A stretch of DNA of 29,625 nucleotides from a virus. Its lineage: Duplodnaviria > Caudoviricetes. The DNA is taken from positions 1 to 29,625 of the IMG/VR virus record IMGVR_UViG_3300025635_000120. One strand, given 5' to 3'. A program made the translations under genes and the position numbers. The notes below the pieces were generated by a model, which was not told where the DNA came from, did no database searches, and saw only the letters and a program-made list of their open reading frames with translations. Below, one piece after another: positions 24,113 to 29,625 of this stretch. Position 1 is the first letter of the stretch, and every line of letters starts with the position of its first letter.

Positions 24113-24627
24113 TTATCCTGAGTGTTTAGCTTCTAACTGTTGCTTCTTTTGAATTAGACCGTATATGTGCATATTAGTAAACAACTCATGGGTCGGTTCA
24201 TTCATAAAATCCTCATAGGATAGGTGCAGCAGTTGGCGGTATTGCCACATCAGGATCTCATCATTTGGGTGATCGTTCTGGATGGCTTGTTTTAAAGCCT
24301 CTAGTCTTTTGGGTCAGTTTTCTTCCCGACTACAGTTTCAAAACAATGAATTGCCGTCTCTTGGTCAATATCACCGACGTCCTCTTTAGTGACGTCCTGC
24401 AGTTTACCCTCATCGTCAGGGAACTTACCCTCTACGAAGTAAGTAGTCAAAAGATCGAGCATCATAGTGATTGACTTACCGTTGTCCTCTTCGCCGTCTT
24501 TAGGTAGTTTTGCCAGCATACCCGTGTAATCTTTTACAGGGATAGCCTTGAATGTGAGGTAGCCGTCTTTATATTCTTCGCCAAGAAACTCTAAAGTCAC
24601 TTTGCGTTTGATTACTATTTTGCCCAT
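24113..24627 (-). CDS. Tail assembly chaperone GT (-1 frameshift product)
   Basis: Slippery C CCA AAA at 24313-24307. The -1 frame is open (RLEALKQAIQ...EAKHSG) to TAA 24113, just before the tape measure gene. Confidence 0.8.
24301..24627 (-). CDS. Tail assembly chaperone G
   Basis: Acidic 108-aa protein between the tail tube and tape measure genes. Confidence 0.8.
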   Translation of the reverse strand: MGKIVIKRKVTLEFLGEEYKDGYLTFKAIPVKDYTGMLAKLPKDGEEDNGKSITMMLDLLTTYFVEGKFPDDEGKLQDVTKEDVGDIDQETAIHCFETVVGKKTDPKD

Positions 24628-24644
24628 GTTGCCCTTTCTCTTAC

Positions 24645-25601
24645 TTAGTATGACACTTTGGTGTTAATAAGTGTTGCAGTAGAGATTATATCAAGTGCGT
24701 TGGCAGTATCATAGTTAGCTTTGAGGTTGATGCTTTGTTTTGCAATCTCGTTAAGTGTATAGTCTGGCTCCCACTCTGAGAAGTCCACTCGTGGCAGTTG
24801 CAACGTAAGGCTTGAGCTTGTTGAGCGGAACAGTTTGATCTCCGCAGCTCGATAAGTGTTAGCAAGCATATAGTTACGGTAAGTGTCGTCCTCTAGGTTG
24901 AGGTTAATGGAACCCTCTACGCTTATCTGCTGGCTCAGTACATCTTCTGGCTCAACAGTACCGATTACATTGTCAAAGATTGTGTTACGGCTAATGGTTA
25001 GTTCCAGGCTCTTGAGTGAGATAGGAGTAGCTGCCGAAAGGCCACCAATAGCAGAGGCAAGACGGAACTGGAGGTGTTGATGGAGAAATTTAGAACCAAC
25101 GGCTGTGAAGTTTGGTGTTTGAGCAGCCCAATCTCGTGAACCTTTAGTCTTAAATCCAACAGTCCAACTCACGATACCACTTGGCTCTACGCTCATCTGT
25201 AGGCTGTCTACAACAGCAAGAGGGAACATATAACTTCGGTCTGGGTCTGTCCAGTAGAGACTGAGTGACTTGGCCTGGTTGCTTTGGCTTAGAGTAAACG
25301 TGTGAGTATATGGGTTGGCACCTGTTGTAACAGGAACAGCACCTAGTAGAGATGTGAGAATGTAGCCGAGAGCTGAGTCATATAGTTGTGACTCGATTTC
25401 GCCCTCTCCCATACGCATGGTTACATAAAACGAATCAGAGTCGGCGATCTTACCCATGCCCTGCTCTTCTCGTGCGGATTCAATCGTATCTTTGAATGAC
25501 ATCGTTACAAATGGCATCCAATAGGTAGGAGACACGGCTGTTCCTCTAGTAGCTTCGATAGCGATGCCGAGTGTACCTCTTCGGCCTACAAACTTAGTCA
25601 T
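24645..25601 (-). CDS. Major tail tube protein
   Basis: GIAIEATRGT and YTHTFT motifs; size and position; AAGGAG RBS. Confidence 0.85.
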   Translation of the reverse strand: MTKFVGRRGTLGIAIEATRGTAVSPTYWMPFVTMSFKDTIESAREEQGMGKIADSDSFYVTMRMGEGEIESQLYDSALGYILTSLLGAVPVTTGANPYTHTFTLSQSNQAKSLSLYWTDPDRSYMFPLAVVDSLQMSVEPSGIVSWTVGFKTKGSRDWAAQTPNFTAVGSKFLHQHLQFRLASAIGGLSAATPISLKSLELTISRNTIFDNVIGTVEPEDVLSQQISVEGSINLNLEDDTYRNYMLANTYRAAEIKLFRSTSSSLTLQLPRVDFSEWEPDYTLNEIAKQSINLKANYDTANALDIISTATLINTKVSY

Positions 25602-25651
25602 TATTGCTCCTTGTTAGTTTCATAATGGTATATATGCATCATCATTTCTTT

Positions 25652-25665
25652 TTCGTCAACAACTA
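25652..25665 (-). repeat. 14-bp motif TAGTTGTTGACGAA, copy 2
   Basis: Identical to 19535-19548. Confidence 0.7.
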
Positions 25666-26106
25666 CACGACTGTAATTTCTGTATAGATACGGAGAATGA
25701 CGTTAGCAGCCCTGGCCACACCTCCCTCAACATCTGAGTATCCCCACTCGACATCTGCGGCATTTGCAAATAAGACCGGTGCTCCCTCAATCTCGTAATT
25801 GGTATCAATCACATTAATCACATCATCAATCACCTGGGCTATTGTAACTTCGGCATAATCCATACGCTCTCGCTCGCTTTCGGCCACAAAGTCCTGACCT
25901 ATAGGGAATATAACTGTACAATTATAGGTATAGACACGGGAGTTCTCGGCGTTCGAGCTAAACTCGCCCTCCTCGGTGTTAGCAGTTATGTAGACTGCTG
26001 GGTAGCCCTTGGGGTTCAGTTTGATGGCAGGATATACCGACTGGATAGTGCTCAGACTTTCCAACTTGTTTATTATTTGGTCTTTGATTTGTATGGATAC
26101 ACTCAT
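25663..26106 (-). CDS. Tail terminator/completion protein
   Basis: YPAVYI motif and synteny. Confidence 0.7.
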   Translation of the reverse strand: MSVSIQIKDQIINKLESLSTIQSVYPAIKLNPKGYPAVYITANTEEGEFSSNAENSRVYTYNCTVIFPIGQDFVAESERERMDYAEVTIAQVIDDVINVIDTNYEIEGAPVLFANAADVEWGYSDVEGGVARAANVILRIYTEITVV

Positions 26107-26474
26107 GTCTGGCTCCCTATCTCATCTAATACGTTTTCGACAGCTTTTTCAAAGTTATCATCAATGACCTTCTCATTCTTACCCACGGCATCCCATAGAT
26201 ATGGCCTAGCTTTCATAAACCTAGTACCATCGTGAACATATATATCATAGCTTGTATTCGTTCCTACTTCACCAGTTAGGTTTGTAAACCGGTCATATGT
26301 AGAAGATCTTAACCTACCTGTATCAACAGGGGTATTGGATTTAGAGTCTCGCTCTACAGATACAATCGATCGACGGATAGCTTTGTTCAGCTCCCTGACC
26401 ATAAGTATGGGGGATTTCTTAAATGCCATCTTAATTTCAGGCAAATTTTTGATAGTAATCGTAATTTCAGGCAT
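26103..26474 (-). CDS. HK97 gp10-like neck protein
   Basis: TPVDTGRLRSS and YVHDGTRFMKARPYL motifs. Confidence 0.88.
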   Translation of the reverse strand: MPEITITIKNLPEIKMAFKKSPILMVRELNKAIRRSIVSVERDSKSNTPVDTGRLRSSTYDRFTNLTGEVGTNTSYDIYVHDGTRFMKARPYLWDAVGKNEKVIDDNFEKAVENVLDEIGSQT

Positions 26475-26797
26475 TATCCATCAATGCTGACAAGGACTAT
26501 CTCCTTGTGGTCTAATAGACCAGCACTCTCCCATGTATTAACAGCCTTGACCGAGTAGCGTTTGTTCGTTGCGGTATCTACAGCTTGATCACCCTCTTTG
26601 ATGTCTATTGTGGCATCCATAAAGCAGTCCCAGACCGCTCCAAAGCGTCCTTCGACCATCTCGATGCGTTCTCGGCTTGCCGGCTGTATATCGGCCTGTA
26701 TGACGGTCAGGGTAGCACTCATGCCATAGCGATTACTAGAACCGATACGTCTCCTGCGGTAGAGCTGGATGTCGTGGGAGTTGAAAAAGACAGTCAT
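26474..26797 (-). CDS. Head closure/stopper protein
   Basis: ADIQP, DIKEGD and RYSV motifs; synteny. Confidence 0.75.
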   Translation of the reverse strand: MTVFFNSHDIQLYRRRRIGSSNRYGMSATLTVIQADIQPASRERIEMVEGRFGAVWDCFMDATIDIKEGDQAVDTATNKRYSVKAVNTWESAGLLDHKEIVLVSIDG

Positions 26798-27421
26798 CTA
26801 CTTATCCTCTAGGAGTATATAGTTGCGATACCTAGAGAGCGAACCAGAAAGTCCAAGACTGTCCACTAGAGAAGAGCCACCAGTTGCAGCCACTTCAAAA
26901 TACTCCAGCTCACGTTGACCCTCTTTCTTACGCTTAACACTTGTACCAGCTGCTCCGTTCTCATATAAATAAGCAGCTAGTGTGACACACGCTTCGGCAA
27001 GGTCGGCTGGGATGGTGGTATACCCTGCGGTGTATGTCACTCTATATCCGTTCCATGCCAGCCCTTGATTAGATAAGAATTCAATAACCCCTGCGTTCAG
27101 GTCTGAAAAGTAAGAATCATCCTCTATATCATCCCAATCGTCCTCATTTTGTGTGGTCTGTCGGCGTTGTAAGGTAGTGAGAGCTGTCACAGGTCGCATC
27201 TTAAGGCTGAGTGTATTTGCACCACTACCGTCATACTCCTCGTTCGTATATGTCGTAGATTTGAAATGGTGATTATATGGCAACGCACAGTAGCCCTCGA
27301 TTATATCGGTAGCCTGGTTAATCTTTCGTATCAACAGGTTATCTTTAGATGTTCCGCTAATACCCAACGTTTCTTTTACGTCAGACAGCGAAGTTAGTGC
27401 ATAGGTATAGAGATCAGCCAC
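26798..27421 (-). CDS. Head-tail connector/adaptor protein
   Basis: LSDVKETL..D.LL..I..A...IEGYC and VTYTAGY..IPADL motifs. Confidence 0.85.
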   Translation of the reverse strand: MADLYTYALTSLSDVKETLGISGTSKDNLLIRKINQATDIIEGYCALPYNHHFKSTTYTNEEYDGSGANTLSLKMRPVTALTTLQRRQTTQNEDDWDDIEDDSYFSDLNAGVIEFLSNQGLAWNGYRVTYTAGYTTIPADLAEACVTLAAYLYENGAAGTSVKRKKEGQRELEYFEVAATGGSSLVDSLGLSGSLSRYRNYILLEDK

Positions 27422-27575
27422 GTTTTTTTATCCTGTAATCGTTAGTAGACACCATGTCTTTAGTGATTGCTGCCACACCACTATCAATAAGACCAAATGC
27501 TTCATTGTTAGACAACTCGACTGTTTGGCCTACTCGGTACTTCTTGTGTGGTGCAATTATCTTTACTCTTAACAT
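27414..27575 (-). CDS. Small head-associated protein
   Basis: GGAGG RBS before MLRVKII; GQTVEL...A..LI..GVA motif common after capsid genes. Confidence 0.7.
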   Translation of the reverse strand: MLRVKIIAPHKKYRVGQTVELSNNEAFGLIDSGVAAITKDMVSTNDYRIKKRG

Positions 27576-27624
27576 GTATCCTCCCCAATGCCCTCCGAGA
27601 AGGGCAAAGGGCAAGTCATGTTGA

Positions 27625-28893
27625 CTAGAAGCCGCCGAGTCCCTGAATCTCCACAATTGGTTGTGTAAGCGTCAGTTCTCCGTCAACTCTTTCCTCAACA
27701 CGGACGAATGTCAGGTTGCGTTCAAAGGCACTCTGGCTAGCCACAGTAGCTTCTTGTGAAGTATCAACAGTGATACCTTCACGGTCTGCAATGTAGTAGT
27801 AGCTAAAGTCACCGACGAACATTTTACCGTCTGCAATATCGTTTTGCTCCATCGTTCGGAGTCCACGCAGCGTAGGACTTGCTGCACTACCAAGATCTGA
27901 CAACAAGTAGTTGTTCTGAGAATCTTTGAGTGTTGCAATCTTAGCCCAAGTGTTGCGGTTTGCAACGAACACAGCGTTACTACGGTAGCCCTGAGGCAGT
28001 GTGTAGATAGAACGGATGATAGCATCCGCACGAGTTGTGTCGGTCAAACCACCTTGTAGTGTGGTGAACGAGTAGTTATCGATACCAGTTGGTTTACCAG
28101 AACCATCACCAGTCCAAAAGGCTTGATCTTCTTTTTCGGCCAATGAACGAGCCATAACTCGTGCGACCAATGAGACGATGTTGCCACCAAGACTAGCGTC
28201 TGCAACCAATTCGTTTGACAAGCTAACGATAGCTGCAAGAGAGTATGGTGTCAGAACAATCTCGCCAAAGTCTACGGTAGTAGTTGCTTTGACTGCTGCT
28301 TCTGATCGCCATGCTGCCTGTGGACGGTTTGCCAAGGTTGGAACGTGGATAGTATCCGTGCTAACTGGTAGGACAGTAGCAAGCTGACGCATGACAGTCA
28401 TATCCCGCTTATCTTCAACAACAATGTTCAAGAAATCTTCGGGAACGAGGTAGCCGCCACGAGAACCAGTGCCTTCAACAAGTGTCTGCAATTTCTGCTT
28501 ATCACCTGAGAAAAACGCTTGGAGAACGTGAACGGTTTTTCGACTGACTGATGTGAAAGTCTTGCCCATAGCCTTTCGGCCTGGTACTTCAACCTGAATA
28601 TCGTCTAGCTCTGCAACAGATACTCTACCGAGTTGAGGATCAACGATGTATTTGGTGGTATCACCAGCTTCAACTTTGATTTCCTTTTTAGCTTCTTGCT
28701 TCTGAGTCTTAGACTCAAAGGCTTTGGCTAGTTTGGTAGCAAGTTCGTCAATGGCCTTCTCTTCGTCATCGCTAGATGGAGCCGCTGGCTCTTCGTTAGC
28801 AACATCTTCTTCAAGACCTTTCAAAAGTGCTTTTTCCTCTTCGGTAATCGTACCTTCTGCAAGTTTTTTGCGTAGTTCAACTAATTGACCCAT
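27625..28893 (-). CDS. Major capsid protein, HK97 fold with delta domain
   Basis: GGYLVPE, AAWRSE, GDGSGKPTGI, LKDSQNNYL, VGDFS and RVDG motifs. Confidence 0.95.
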   Translation of the reverse strand: MGQLVELRKKLAEGTITEEEKALLKGLEEDVANEEPAAPSSDDEEKAIDELATKLAKAFESKTQKQEAKKEIKVEAGDTTKYIVDPQLGRVSVAELDDIQVEVPGRKAMGKTFTSVSRKTVHVLQAFFSGDKQKLQTLVEGTGSRGGYLVPEDFLNIVVEDKRDMTVMRQLATVLPVSTDTIHVPTLANRPQAAWRSEAAVKATTTVDFGEIVLTPYSLAAIVSLSNELVADASLGGNIVSLVARVMARSLAEKEDQAFWTGDGSGKPTGIDNYSFTTLQGGLTDTTRADAIIRSIYTLPQGYRSNAVFVANRNTWAKIATLKDSQNNYLLSDLGSAASPTLRGLRTMEQNDIADGKMFVGDFSYYYIADREGITVDTSQEATVASQSAFERNLTFVRVEERVDGELTLTQPIVEIQGLGGF

Positions 28894-29624
28894 TATAAGT
28901 CTCCTTTGTTAGAACGTATTAGCAATTCGCTAGAACGTTTGATTATTTTTGCCTGGCTAATCGCTTTTTCACGAGATACGCCCCCCGCAAGTATTTTGTC
29001 CGCAGCTCGTGCGATCGCTTTACTCATACGGAGACGCTCTGTAGCGACTTCCGGCTTCGACCTTTGCGGTGCGAGGTGTTGCAACCCCTTTACCGCCATA
29101 TCAGCTTTGTCCTTTACGGATTCAAGCTCACTTCTAAGTTCCGTGACTAACTCTCTCAGCTCAACGACCTCACGGTTGTCGTCAGCCTCTGGTGCAAACT
29201 TCTCAATAATACTATCCTCAAATCCTGCCTCTTTCAGTGACTTGGCCACTTGTAAACGTGCATCTGGGTTGGCGGGAACGGATACCAGGGATATTTCGTG
29301 CAGCTCAGACTTAGTAATGGTGCTGCCATCCATTTCCATAGGCATAAAACCCACCGAGAAGGAGTTTAGTATACCTTCCATCATCAATTGCTTTGCGGCT
29401 CGTGCTTCTTCGGTAGCGGAGCTTATAACGCCCTTGAACATCAGTTTCGCAGTCTTACCTGACTTCTCAATCCACACCTTTGTCGATTTACCTATAGGTT
29501 TGGTGTGGTCATGCATGAATAGTAAAATAGGGTTGTTTTTATAATTCTTTAAATCCCAGCCTTTTTGTTCAATAACTTCGCCTTGACGGTCTACAACTTC
29601 GCTCGAAGCAATTGCTGTAAATGT
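28893..29624 (-). CDS. HK97-family prohead protease (5' partial)
   Basis: Frame is open to the window edge: TFTAIASSEVVDRQGEVI..NPILLFMHDH..PIGK..FSVGF..ELHEISLVSVPANPDA. Confidence 0.93.
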   Translation of the reverse strand, partial: TFTAIASSEVVDRQGEVIEQKGWDLKNYKNNPILLFMHDHTKPIGKSTKVWIEKSGKTAKLMFKGVISSATEEARAAKQLMMEGILNSFSVGFMPMEMDGSTITKSELHEISLVSVPANPDARLQVAKSLKEAGFEDSIIEKFAPEADDNREVVELRELVTELRSELESVKDKADMAVKGLQHLAPQRSKPEVATERLRMSKAIARAADKILAGGVSREKAISQAKIIKRSSELLIRSNKGDL

Positions 29625-29625
29625 T

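Noticed and set aside
1885-29544. Many opposite-strand or nested track ORFs (e.g. 2173-2655, 10842-11312, 22732-23205, 23746-24129, 28885-29544, 16457-16660)
   Set aside because: Shadow frames of well-supported genes or of the structured RNA, with no motifs or RBS.

Overview
The window is most of a small siphovirus-type tailed phage genome. The host is probably a CPR/Saccharibacteria-like bacterium; this is inferred from protein similarity recalled, not searched. The minus strand carries an HK97-type head and tail module (29625->18989), a lysis cassette with an apparently rearranged M23 endolysin (18986->17288), and a ~9.3 kb glycan-biosynthesis operon (9593->290). That operon has six soluble glycosyltransferase-like genes, a nucleotide-sugar dehydrogenase, an NDP-sugar 4,6-dehydratase, a deacetylase and a methyltransferase, and reads into a ParB-like gene. 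The plus strand carries a compact early operon (10419->16419) with an ERF recombinase, KGG protein, C5-methyltransferase, HNH protein and many small ORFs. No repressor, integrase or replication protein is recognisable. The ~820 bp divergence region (9594-10418), where a repressor normally sits, is instead packed with sigma70-type promoters, terminators and predicted structured RNAs. One ~60-nt hairpin there has a loop complementary to a GGGCARCCAUG motif at the start codon of the first gene of three operons. A separate ~300-nt GNRA-containing structured RNA candidate lies at 16441-16784. The two main candidate systems are a phage glycosylation pathway and an RNA-based regulatory hub. All RNA structures were paired by eye and are untested.
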